NCBI GenBank assembly: GCA_050250895.1
Contig: JBFWNU010000005.1
Location: forward strand, 192,001 to 256,000
Direction of reading: 5' to 3'
Length of the DNA: 64,000 nt
Source: Vulcanimicrobiota bacterium
GTDB lineage: Bacteria > Vulcanimicrobiota > Xenobia > Xenobiales > JADMJV01
The position numbers and the translations under genes were made by a program. The notes below the pieces were generated by a model, which was given only the letters and a program-made list of their open reading frames with translations, had not been told where the DNA came from and did no database searches. Shown here in pieces: positions 10,040-19,091 of this stretch (positions are counted from its first letter, which is position 1; every line of letters starts with the position of its first letter).

Positions 10040-10083
10040 AGACTCATCGTAGCATCGCAGTAAGATGATGTCAAAGCATCACC
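10040..10083 (-). promoter_or_regulatory. Leaderless TA promoter/operator
   Basis: TTGACA-17-TACGAT-6-ATG; inverted GATG...CATC spanning -35. Confidence 0.7.
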
Positions 10084-10180
10084 GACTGGATTTACCCGTT
10101 TTCTCTCTTGATGGCGGTCATACCGCCGCCCCTCCCGGACGAACTAGGATAACCTCGAAATCCAATCTTGGGAGGCTTAC

Positions 10181-12166
10181 GTGTTTTCTTCTTATGGCAG
10201 ACTAGCTCTGCTCTCTTTTCTGACGCTGGCCGTCATGGTTGCCTGTGACTCAGGCGGCGGCGAGAATTCCTTTATCGCACCTGGTGGCATACCGGTGACC
10301 ACCGGCAACATCATCGTCAATCATGTCTTGTTGGCCGGCACTCCGGTGGCCCCGGCCATCGACCAATTTCGCTTTACCGGCAAGGATGTCAACGGCACCG
10401 TCACCTACGGGCCGAAGACCTTTCCAAAGATGGCCGTGACTCCCCTGACCGGAGTTCCGACCGAGACGACTGCGTTGCTAATCGAGTACCTGGTCGGCGG
10501 CGCCGTGGCCGGGACTTTCCAGGTAGCGGTGGTGGTCCAGCCTGGGCAGGACACTATCATCGACGGTAGCTACCTCTCCAACGGAACGCCCATTCCGTTC
10601 CAACTCGAGTTCGTGAAACCACCAACCAACGTCATCGCCACCGGCACCTTCACCGTGGTGGTCAGGGTCCTCGACCAGTTCGGCAACCCCTTCACCACCT
10701 TCAATGGCAACCTCAACGCAGCCCTGGCCACAAATGGCGCCGGCGCCACACTGGCCGGAACCACCAGCGTGCCCCTCACCAACGGCGTAGCTCAGTTCGA
10801 CGGCCTATCCGTCTCGATGCTGGCCACCGGTGTGGTGCTGCAGGTGGCCGATGCCGGCGGCACTCTGCCGACACTCAACTCAGCTCCTTTTGCCGTGGTC
10901 ACCAGCCTGGGGCAGTTCAACACCTTCTTCTTTCAGGGCATCCCCGCCCAGGACGGTGAGCGCGAGGCTTTTCCCGGCTCGGCCAACATGTGGGACCTTT
11001 ACGATTTCCTGGCTATCAGTGACGGCTTTGGCGACAACCTGGACGGCGCCGTTCGCCTCTATCTAGGAGGGTCAGAGGTCAATGTGGGCACGCTCAACTA
11101 CAATGATCTGACTTTCTTCGGCCCCATCTTCTCCCTGGCCGACGGTCTGCTGGTGGCGGCCGTGGCCGATGCCAACTATGACACCCCGATTGCGGGCACC
11201 TACTCGGGCTTTCTGGCCGCGCCCCACAACGGGGCCATCTGTCAGGACCTCAACCTGACCGGCGCAGTAGGAACCGTGACCTTGAACTTCAGCTACGAGG
11301 TGCCCGGTCCGGGCAATAACTTCAACAACCAACCTCAGCTGTTCTACGTAGTGGTGACCGACCTCAACGACAACCTGCTCGACACCGTTTTCACGCTCAA
11401 CACGGGTGGCTCGGGCAACGTCAACTTCTCTCTGGCGCCCTACGCCGGTCAGACCGTTCGGCTGTGCTTTGGCACCACCGACTACTTCCCGTTTGGCCGC
11501 TCTTCGGCCAAGATCGACAGCGTGAGCGTCATGGACGCGAACTCGACCGAGTTCGTCCAAAACGGCGACTTCGAAACCGGTGACCTCAGCAACTGGCAGG
11601 TGCGAGCCATCGACGCGCCTCAGGGGGTGCAGGCTCCTGCCACGACGGCTGCGGGTCTGACCGTCATGCGCACCTTCTACACCCCGCCGGGCGCCATGTG
11701 GGGGCGCCACGTCGATACCATCGTCAACAACACAGCCGCTCCGATCACGGTCGAAGTGTCCTACCTCACCAACCTGGGCTCGGATGGTTACGGCATCACA
11801 ACCCCAGTTCCCGGAGTCGAAAGCTTGGCTCTGTCGACCTGGGATGGCCAAACCACCGACCGCGACCTGGGCTGGGTGCACGGTGGGTTCGTGACCCGCA
11901 CAGCCAACCCGGCCAGTTCTATCGGAGCAGGCGACGGCACCAATGACTTGATCGTCAGCCACGGCATGGTGACCTTCCAACCAGGCGAACGCAAGACCTA
12001 TGTCAACTTCACCCTGATGAACGGAATCCAGACCCGGCAGACGGCCGCTTCGACGGCCGACCGGGCCACCGACATCGACGCGATGTGTGTTCAGATAGCC
12101 AACAACCCCCAGCTGTTCTTCGACGGCATGGCCACCGACCAGCTCAGCTCGCTGGCCAACTTCTAG
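10181..12166 (+). CDS. Large surface lipoprotein with Ig-like and carbohydrate-binding-like beta domains
   Basis: Lipobox VMVAC; VRVLDQFGNP (invasin/Ig-like); NGDFETGDLSNW (CBM-like); T/N/G-rich. Confidence 0.7.
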   Translation: MFSSYGRLALLSFLTLAVMVACDSGGGENSFIAPGGIPVTTGNIIVNHVLLAGTPVAPAIDQFRFTGKDVNGTVTYGPKTFPKMAVTPLTGVPTETTALLIEYLVGGAVAGTFQVAVVVQPGQDTIIDGSYLSNGTPIPFQLEFVKPPTNVIATGTFTVVVRVLDQFGNPFTTFNGNLNAALATNGAGATLAGTTSVPLTNGVAQFDGLSVSMLATGVVLQVADAGGTLPTLNSAPFAVVTSLGQFNTFFFQGIPAQDGEREAFPGSANMWDLYDFLAISDGFGDNLDGAVRLYLGGSEVNVGTLNYNDLTFFGPIFSLADGLLVAAVADANYDTPIAGTYSGFLAAPHNGAICQDLNLTGAVGTVTLNFSYEVPGPGNNFNNQPQLFYVVVTDLNDNLLDTVFTLNTGGSGNVNFSLAPYAGQTVRLCFGTTDYFPFGRSSAKIDSVSVMDANSTEFVQNGDFETGDLSNWQVRAIDAPQGVQAPATTAAGLTVMRTFYTPPGAMWGRHVDTIVNNTAAPITVEVSYLTNLGSDGYGITTPVPGVESLALSTWDGQTTDRDLGWVHGGFVTRTANPASSIGAGDGTNDLIVSHGMVTFQPGERKTYVNFTLMNGIQTRQTAASTADRATDIDAMCVQIANNPQLFFDGMATDQLSSLANF

Positions 12167-12199
12167 AGGCCCCCGGCCGGGCGAGGCGAAAGCAGCCAG

Positions 12200-14917
12200 G
12201 TGAAGAAGCTCTGCTTGCTCCTGCTTTTGCTAACGCTGGCCTCGCCCGGCCTGGCCCGTCCCAGGGATCGCCTTAAGGACAGGCGCGAGGTCCATAAGAC
12301 TCAAGCTGAATCGCCGTTCTGGCTGGCCCTGGCGGCCGGCCAGACGGGGAATTTTCGGCAGGCCCGCCAGGCTCTGGGCCAATGCCCCGAGGATGCCCTG
12401 ACCCGGGCCGTCGGGGCCTTGATGGATGACGCCCAGGGCAACTACGGGCGGGCTCGCAAGCAGTTCGAGAGTCTGTTTGCCGAGCCCGATTTTCAGGCCT
12501 ACCAACTGCAACTCCATCTCGGTATGGTCGAGATAGGGCGCCACAGCGGTGATGGTCGCCTGGTAGCCGCCCATCTTCCTCAGTTGGTCACCGCCCAGAC
12601 GAACGCCGGCCCGCTGACCCGCTTCGTGTGCGCCACGCTGCAACGGGAGGCGCGCCTGGCTCGGATGAACCCGGAGGAACTGCTGCGCGAACACGACGTG
12701 GTATGGAAAGAGTTTTCCGACCACCGCAATCTTGGCTCGGAGCTGATTTTTCCGCATCGGTGGACGGTCGAGGCGGCCCGCATCTGGGTGTTGAGCATGG
12801 TGCGTTGGTACCATCGCCTGGGCAAAGACCATCCGCTGGCCAAGCAGATCGAGGAGCGCCTCCAGCAAGACTTGAAGGGGCTGCTGGTTTTTGGCACGGG
12901 GTTAGAGGCTCTCAACAATCCCGAACTGCTATCCCAGATCTATTTTCTGGCTCTTGACCTGGGGCGGGTGGGGCTGGAACTGGGCGAGGTCGATAAAGTC
13001 GCCGAACTCGACCGAGCTCTCGACGAGTTCGAACGCACCCGTCTGCCCAACATCAAAGCCAAGCTCGAGCGGTCGCTAACGCCCAGGTTCAAGTCGATCG
13101 GCATCGACTTTTCTCTCGAGCAGGGCGATCTGGCCCGCTTGTTGTCGGCCCACCAGCGCTTGAAGGCGCGTCTGGCCCTGGCCCGGGGCGTTCCTGGGGC
13201 GCTCGAGCACCTTCAGCGGGCGGCGACTATGCTCGAGAAGGCGCCCGACCTGAGGGGGCAGGTCGACCTCCACACTCTGGCGGGCCAGGCGCTGCTAAAG
13301 CTCAAGCCCCAGGGCTGGGTCGAGCGAGGGCTAGAACAGGCCGATGCCCTGCAGCAACTGAGCCAGCGATCCGGCAGTCGTCTGGCTGCGGTCGAGGGCC
13401 AGGCTCTGCGGGCTCTGGTGCTCGCCGAGAGCGACTCGACGGGGGCCCTGCCCGAATTGGAGAAGGCCTCGCAGGCTTTGGAAGCCATGATCGCCGAGTC
13501 GGGAGCCGCCGATCCCGAGCAATTGCTCAACCTGGGTCAGCGCTCTCAGCAGCTCTACGCCCAGATGCTGCGACTCTACGCCGAGCAGAAAGCCACAGCC
13601 AGCGCACTGGCGACCCTCAGTCGCCAACAGGATGCCCAGAAAGTGGTGGGCTTTGCGGCTCTGGCCGCTCCTTCTGACTCGCAGGCGGTGGCCGCCGTCG
13701 AGGCCTCGCGCGAGCGAACCCGGGCGCTGCAAGAAGAACTCGAAGCCCAGCAGGCTTTACCGGCCGAACAGCGCGACCCCGAAGTGGCCCAGAAACTGGC
13801 CTCGAGCCGCTCCGAGTTCTACGCGGCGGTGCGCGAGTTGCGCGCCAGCGAGCCTGACTACGCTGCGGCGCTGGCCATCGACCCGGTCGATTTCGCCGCC
13901 CTGCAAAAGGTGGTACCGGCCGACACCGTGTTGCTCGAGCCGTATCCGGGGGAGGACCGCTTGCTGCTTTTTGCGGTCACCAGCGAGACCTTCGAGATGT
14001 ACTCGGTGCCCGTGTCCGGCGACGCCCTCACCAGTCTGGTCAAGCAGTTCCGCCGAGCGGCGGCCGGGGCTCCGCCCGACTTTAGCTGGGATTCTGAGGC
14101 CGGCAAACAGTTGCTAGCGGTGTTGACCCAACTCGGAACCCATCTGCTCGAGCCCGCCCAATCGCTGTTGCAGGGCAAGAAACGCATCCTCTATGTTCCC
14201 TCGGGCATCCTTCACTACTTTCCGTTGCAGGCTGCGGCTGGCCTTCGCGAAGGGCGCCCCGAGTTCGTGGTCGAGCGTTTCGAGGTGGTCAACTTCACCC
14301 GTACCGGTGATCTCATGCTGGGGTCCAACAAGACAGGCTCGAAGCGGATGCTGGCGCTGGGCAATCCCGATGGTTCGCTGCCCAGCGCCGAGAACGAGGC
14401 CCGTCAAGTGGGCGACCTGTTTCCCGGGGCCGAGGTGCTGCTCCAGGGCGCGGCTACCGAAGACGGCTTGCTGGCCGTTCGCGCTCCCGGTTATCTGCAT
14501 CTGGCTACGCACGGGGTGTTGGTGGCCCGCGACCTCAACTCGAGCTACCTGGTCCTGGCCGGGGCGGGCGAGAAGGGGCGCTTTCGGGCCGACGAGGTTC
14601 TGCGCATGAACCTCGACGACACCGACCTGGTCACTTTATCCGCCTGTGAAACGGCCGTGGGCGAGTGGAAGCCCGGAGGCAACGTGTCGAGTCTGGCCGA
14701 GGCCTTTGGGCTGGCGGGCTGCCACTCGGTGGCCGCCAGTCTGTGGAGGGTCTCCGACGATTCCACCCGGGACATGATGGTGGGCTTCTATTCGCAGCTG
14801 GCCAAAGGAGTGGGCAAGGGCGAGGCGTTGCGCCAGGCTCAGTTGTCCCAGTTGCGGGGCAACTACCCCCACCCTTACCACTGGGCTTCGTTCATTTTGA
14901 TCGGCGACTGGAAATGA
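12200..14917 (+). CDS. Secreted CHAT-domain (caspase-like) protein with helical/TPR-like N-region
   Basis: Signal peptide MKKLCLLLLLLTLASPGLA; catalytic LHLATHG and LVTLSACET; SLWRVSD; HPYHWASF. Confidence 0.92.
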   Translation: MKKLCLLLLLLTLASPGLARPRDRLKDRREVHKTQAESPFWLALAAGQTGNFRQARQALGQCPEDALTRAVGALMDDAQGNYGRARKQFESLFAEPDFQAYQLQLHLGMVEIGRHSGDGRLVAAHLPQLVTAQTNAGPLTRFVCATLQREARLARMNPEELLREHDVVWKEFSDHRNLGSELIFPHRWTVEAARIWVLSMVRWYHRLGKDHPLAKQIEERLQQDLKGLLVFGTGLEALNNPELLSQIYFLALDLGRVGLELGEVDKVAELDRALDEFERTRLPNIKAKLERSLTPRFKSIGIDFSLEQGDLARLLSAHQRLKARLALARGVPGALEHLQRAATMLEKAPDLRGQVDLHTLAGQALLKLKPQGWVERGLEQADALQQLSQRSGSRLAAVEGQALRALVLAESDSTGALPELEKASQALEAMIAESGAADPEQLLNLGQRSQQLYAQMLRLYAEQKATASALATLSRQQDAQKVVGFAALAAPSDSQAVAAVEASRERTRALQEELEAQQALPAEQRDPEVAQKLASSRSEFYAAVRELRASEPDYAAALAIDPVDFAALQKVVPADTVLLEPYPGEDRLLLFAVTSETFEMYSVPVSGDALTSLVKQFRRAAAGAPPDFSWDSEAGKQLLAVLTQLGTHLLEPAQSLLQGKKRILYVPSGILHYFPLQAAAGLREGRPEFVVERFEVVNFTRTGDLMLGSNKTGSKRMLALGNPDGSLPSAENEARQVGDLFPGAEVLLQGAATEDGLLAVRAPGYLHLATHGVLVARDLNSSYLVLAGAGEKGRFRADEVLRMNLDDTDLVTLSACETAVGEWKPGGNVSSLAEAFGLAGCHSVAASLWRVSDDSTRDMMVGFYSQLAKGVGKGEALRQAQLSQLRGNYPHPYHWASFILIGDWK

Positions 14918-15089
14918 ACAAGCCCGGCAGGTGGGCCGGGCTTGTCGTTTGGGCCGCCGGTCAGCGACATGGCTCGAAGTGCTGAGTTCGTCTGGAGCAC
15001 CCGCTCGCCATCCCGGTCGAGTGGGGTGCCCTGAACCGTTGCAGGCTTGTGTTTTGATCCTGCCGGCGGCTTGACGTTCGCCTTTCTTC
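14912..15089 (-). ncRNA. Candidate structured small RNA (possibly 6S-like), FNR/CRP-regulated
   Basis: -10 TAGAAT (15096-15101), FNR box at -41.5, nested stems GCCGCCGG/CCGGCGGC, GCACCC/GGGTGC, CTCG/CGAG, terminator at 3' end; no convincing ORF. Confidence 0.5.
14918..14945. terminator. Intrinsic terminator hairpin
   Basis: ACAAGCCCGGC-AGGTGG-GCCGGGCTTGT perfect 11-bp stem. Confidence 0.75.
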
Positions 15090-15123
15090 ATGAGCATTCT
15101 AGCCCGGTCCCGCCAGCGGTTAA

Positions 15124-15137
15124 TTGATCTAGATCAA
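15124..15137. promoter_or_regulatory. FNR-type binding site
   Basis: Perfect TTGAT-CTAG-ATCAA palindrome. Confidence 0.7.
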
Positions 15138-15194
15138 GAGGCTCGCGCTGTTTCGCTTCAACATTCTTTCAGGCGTCCAGGTTAGGCTGGGGAC

Positions 15195-15806
15195 ATGATT
15201 TCCGCCGTATCTCAACCTATCCATAGGCCGCTAGCTCGAGCGGCCGCCGCCAGGCCCGCCGAAGCGGCGCCTACCGAAAGCTTTCAGGCCGCAGCCCCCG
15301 ACCCGGGCCTGATCCCACGACCGACCTTCGACAGCCGCGAATTTCGCAACGCCATGGGCCGCTTCGCTACCGGAGTCGCCATCATCACCGTCGGCGATGA
15401 GCAGGAGCGTTCAGGAATGACGGTCAACTCGCTGACCTCGCTTTCGCTCGACCCGCCGCTGTTGCTGTTTTGCCCCAAGAACGAGAGTGCTACCCTGGAG
15501 CTGGTCAAAGAGCATGGCACCTTCGCCGTCAACCTTTTGAGCGCAGAGCAGGCCGAGCTTTGCGGTCAGTTCGCGGGTAAAGTCGAGGGCGACAAGTTCA
15601 ACGGCGTGGCTGCCCACGCGGGACCGGCCACCGGCGCGCCGCTGCTGGATGGCAGCCTGGCCAGTGTGGAGTGCCAACTCGAGGCCATTCATCCCGGTGG
15701 CGACCATGCCATTGTGGTCGGCCGGGTGGTGGGCTTCGAGACTTCGCAGCCTCAAGAACCGTTGCTCTTCTGGAACGGCAAGATCCAGTCCAGCCACTGG
15801 ACCTAG
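15195..15806 (+). CDS. Flavin reductase family protein (HpaC/RutF-like) with N-terminal extension
   Basis: FRNAMGRFATGV, SLSLDPPL, GGDHAIVVGRV. Confidence 0.92.
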   Translation: MISAVSQPIHRPLARAAAARPAEAAPTESFQAAAPDPGLIPRPTFDSREFRNAMGRFATGVAIITVGDEQERSGMTVNSLTSLSLDPPLLLFCPKNESATLELVKEHGTFAVNLLSAEQAELCGQFAGKVEGDKFNGVAAHAGPATGAPLLDGSLASVECQLEAIHPGGDHAIVVGRVVGFETSQPQEPLLFWNGKIQSSHWT

Positions 15807-15817
15807 GAGCCAAAATC

Positions 15818-17263
15818 ATGAGAGTCCGTCTTTTGGCTTTGCTTGTAAGCCTGCTGTGGTGTGGTTGCGGCGGTGGGGGAGAGGCTCCGGACGGACGGGC
15901 CAGCCAGGGGCCTGGACCGGCCACGGCTTTGCTCTCCTTGCGGGTCGACCCGGTTCACCCGCAAACGCTAGGTTCGCTGCCGGTGCGATGCCTGATCGAG
16001 GTGCTCGACGCCGTCACCCTGCAGGCGGTGGCGTCGGCGGTCGATGTCGACCTCTCGAGCGGTCAGTCGCAAAGGGTCACGATTCTCAATGTGACACCCG
16101 GCTTGCGGGTGGTGCGGGCTCAATTCTTCGATTCGGCCGACAGCCTGGTGGGGCAAGACCAGGTCACGGTCGAGCTGGTGGTGGGGCGGGTGGTCGAGGT
16201 GAGTCTCTCGCCTCAATCCCTGCTGACCCCGGTGGTGCCTCCGCGCGAGTTCGTGCTGGTGACCGACAGTGCCAATGTCTACAGCTTTCAAGTCAACCTG
16301 GACACGGGTGCCCTGACCCCGGCCCCCGGCTCGCCCCTGTTCTTTAACACCGATTTCCCGAACAACATCGCCATCTCGCCCGACGGTCGCTTCGCCTACG
16401 TCGACCTGGGCGGCTCGGGACAGGTGGCCCAATTGGCCATCGATGACCAGACGGGTGCCCTCACCGAGGTCTCACGAGCCAACAGCAGTGGTCCCCAGGG
16501 GTCGGGCATCGCCATCGCCGGCAATTTCCTGGTGGTGCCGATCTTTGCGACTTCGATGATCGACATCTTCGCCATCAACCCGGCCACGGGCGCCCTCACC
16601 TTGCAAAGCACGGTGCCGGCCGGAGTGGCCGAGACCCAGCGCATCTACGCTCACCCCAACGGTCAGTTTCTTTACATGTCCGAGTCGGCCACCGGCGGCG
16701 ACCCGGGTAAGGTCGCCTGCTTCCAGTTGAATTCCGCGGGAGTCTTGACCCTCACCGAAGTCGAGCAGGCCTTTGGTGACCCGCCCGGACGCACCTACGA
16801 CTTCCACGCGTCCCCGGATGGGACCGTCCTCTATGTCACCGGCAACGACCCTTCGGTCAACGCCTTCGACATCAATCCCAGCGATGGGTCGCTAACCCAA
16901 AAGGCGGGCTTTCCCGTGTTGACCCCGGCCCCGCTCTTTCTGGGCGGGCTCGAGGTGGACTCGGGTCGCCAGGAGTTGCATGTGGTCGGATTTGATGCTG
17001 ATTCCGTCTTCACCTATCCCATCCACAGCGACAACACCCTCGGCCCGCTGGCAGCCACGCTGGCGACGCCATCGACACCGTTCAACCTGGTCCTCGACCC
17101 GACCGGAGACAACCTTTTCGTGACCGGCTTCACCAGCCCCGGCACCATTACCAGCTACCATCGCCAAAGCAATGGTCAGCTGGTTTCGGCGGGCACGCTC
17201 AACCTCACCAATATGGGCTCGTCGAGCGCTTTTGCCGTGGCCGTGGTTCGCTTTACCGACTAA
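15818..17263 (+). CDS. Lipoprotein with lactonase-like beta-propeller
   Basis: LLWCGC lipobox; blades ISPDGRFAYV, HPNGQFLY, SPDGTVLYV, DPTGDNLFV, TGALT repeats. Confidence 0.85.
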   Translation: MRVRLLALLVSLLWCGCGGGGEAPDGRASQGPGPATALLSLRVDPVHPQTLGSLPVRCLIEVLDAVTLQAVASAVDVDLSSGQSQRVTILNVTPGLRVVRAQFFDSADSLVGQDQVTVELVVGRVVEVSLSPQSLLTPVVPPREFVLVTDSANVYSFQVNLDTGALTPAPGSPLFFNTDFPNNIAISPDGRFAYVDLGGSGQVAQLAIDDQTGALTEVSRANSSGPQGSGIAIAGNFLVVPIFATSMIDIFAINPATGALTLQSTVPAGVAETQRIYAHPNGQFLYMSESATGGDPGKVACFQLNSAGVLTLTEVEQAFGDPPGRTYDFHASPDGTVLYVTGNDPSVNAFDINPSDGSLTQKAGFPVLTPAPLFLGGLEVDSGRQELHVVGFDADSVFTYPIHSDNTLGPLAATLATPSTPFNLVLDPTGDNLFVTGFTSPGTITSYHRQSNGQLVSAGTLNLTNMGSSSAFAVAVVRFTD

Positions 17264-17360
17264 TTGCGCCTCGAGACGTTGCCCAGCGCATCCCCGCCTG
17301 GCGCGGGGAGGGCGACTATCGCCCGGGAGGATACGTCTCCCCAGAAACGAAGCCCGAACT

Positions 17361-18107
17361 ATGCCAAACATGCCTCATAAATTCAGCCGCCATCACAAGG
17401 TCAAGGAGGCGGAATATCATCCTCTTCTGCAAGAAGTCGGCGAGGAATTACTGGTCTATGACCCGCTACTGGGTCGGTGCCACGTTCTGAATCGTGAGGC
17501 GGCCCTGGTGTATCGTTCGTGTGACGGGGAGACGATGATGGAGCAGGTGGCCGAGAGGCTCGGTCCAGACGGGGAAAGCATTCTAAGCCACTGTCTTCAA
17601 GATCTCGAAAAGGTCAATTTGATAGACTTTCCCGAGGCTCCGGAGACTTCGCGGCGCCGATTTCTTAGTGGAGCTGGAGCCCTCATTATCACGGCGGCTT
17701 TGTCAACTCCTGCGGCGGCTGCCAGCGTCCCGTGCACGACAACAGGCTGTACCGGTCTGCCGACAAATGGCGGCGGGGGAGGCAGCGGGCTCGGACCCGG
17801 AGGGTGCACCGTTTGCTGTGGTCAGGTCGGCTGTGCGGAGGGCTGCCCTTGCGGAGGGACTTGCGCTTGCTTTATTCAATATAATTGCCGCGCTTCCGCC
17901 GCTGCCCCTGTAAGGGAAGCTTGCGCCAATGGGGGCGTAGACATCTGCGTTGCCGGCACCTTCGACACCGTCAACAATCCGGCTTCGGGTTGCTTGGATA
18001 TTCCCGGCGCCACCATGCAACGAGCGTTGAGTTGTTCGGCCGCGAGGGCCCAGGTTGTAGCTGCGGGTTTTGGCGCATCAACCTACCAGTGCTGTGCTTG
18101 TCCCTGA
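17361..18107 (+). CDS. PqqD/RRE-domain protein fused to twin-arginine-like segment and Cys-rich tail
   Basis: QEVGEELLVYD...HVLNREAALVYRSCDG...LQDLEKVNLI (RRE); SRRRFL...PAAAAS; 18 Cys in the C-terminal part. Confidence 0.8.
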   Translation: MPNMPHKFSRHHKVKEAEYHPLLQEVGEELLVYDPLLGRCHVLNREAALVYRSCDGETMMEQVAERLGPDGESILSHCLQDLEKVNLIDFPEAPETSRRRFLSGAGALIITAALSTPAAAASVPCTTTGCTGLPTNGGGGGSGLGPGGCTVCCGQVGCAEGCPCGGTCACFIQYNCRASAAAPVREACANGGVDICVAGTFDTVNNPASGCLDIPGATMQRALSCSAARAQVVAAGFGASTYQCCACP

Positions 18108-18241
18108 CGGGGCAAGGTGTCCGCGATTTGACCGCGCTGGACTGACCCGGGCGGGCGGCTTCGACCTTGGAAGCCTGCCGGTCGACAGCCGTGTTCAGGT
18201 ATCGCCCGCTGGCCCGGTCTTCCCGTGGTGCGCTTTACCAA

Positions 18242-18943
18242 TTAGCCCTTCTTGGTCGGTTCGCTCCCTTTGGGCAAGAAGACCCTGGCCTTGGTGCCGT
18301 AGTTGGTGATCTGATCGCGCATCACGTCGCTGGCCTCGCGTCCGTCGCCGGTGGCGATCGAGATGTGGCCGTGTTCATGGCCGGCGCCGCGATCCCAGAC
18401 CACCACCGCTCCCGGGGGCAGCTTGGGGAAGTCGGCCGGATTGACTTTGGCTTCTTTGAACTTTGAACTCTCGGCCAACTGATCGGCGGCCATATAGGCG
18501 CTGGCTCCGGTGGCGGTCACGCCATGGCGGCCCAGGGCTTCGGAGACGTACTTGTAGCACCAGCCGCCCGAACCGGTAGCGTGGGCGGTGGCGTCCGCGG
18601 CCAGATCCCGCCCCCAGGCCGTGCCGCCTTTGATCTTGTCGAGGTCGACCGAGCCGCCCTGAGCCGCTCCGAAGGTCGGCGAGCCACCGCTGCTCGACGG
18701 GCTGGACGGGGCGGTGCTGCCGCCCAGAAAGCTGTTGAGGCCACCCCCTTCACCGCCACCCGAGGCCGGGGCCCCGCCGAAGTTGGCCTGGCTGGGCAGC
18801 ATCGACCCTGAGTCAAAAAGTCCGAAGGGGAGGCCCCCACCGAGCAAGCCCGCCAAGAGGGTCTGAATTAGCTTCTTCAGATCGCCCTTGCCAGGTGTGG
18901 GACTGTTGGGCCGGATCTGTCCGAGAATGTTCTGTATCTGCAT
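18242..18943 (-). CDS. CHAP/NlpC-like peptidoglycan hydrolase domain protein with low-complexity N-terminus
   Basis: GWCYKYVSEAL ... PPGAVVVWD ... HGHISIATGDG (Cys/His). Confidence 0.65.
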   Translation of the reverse strand: MQIQNILGQIRPNSPTPGKGDLKKLIQTLLAGLLGGGLPFGLFDSGSMLPSQANFGGAPASGGGEGGGLNSFLGGSTAPSSPSSSGGSPTFGAAQGGSVDLDKIKGGTAWGRDLAADATAHATGSGGWCYKYVSEALGRHGVTATGASAYMAADQLAESSKFKEAKVNPADFPKLPPGAVVVWDRGAGHEHGHISIATGDGREASDVMRDQITNYGTKARVFLPKGSEPTKKG

Positions 18944-19091
18944 TGGGAGTCAACCTTCCGTGTGTGTTGAGCCCATCCTAAAAGAGGTCAATCGAGGCAG
19001 GCTAAACTCAGCCGAACGGATGTAAACTCTATGTAAACTTCCGGTGGCCTCCGAGTCGAGGTTTCTCGCCACAAAGACCGAAGATAGCTCT

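Noticed and set aside
14636-15097. 153-aa minus-strand ORF
   Set aside because: Overlaps the CHAT gene antisense, runs through a terminator, has no recognisable motifs, and its ATGs are not within the predicted transcript.
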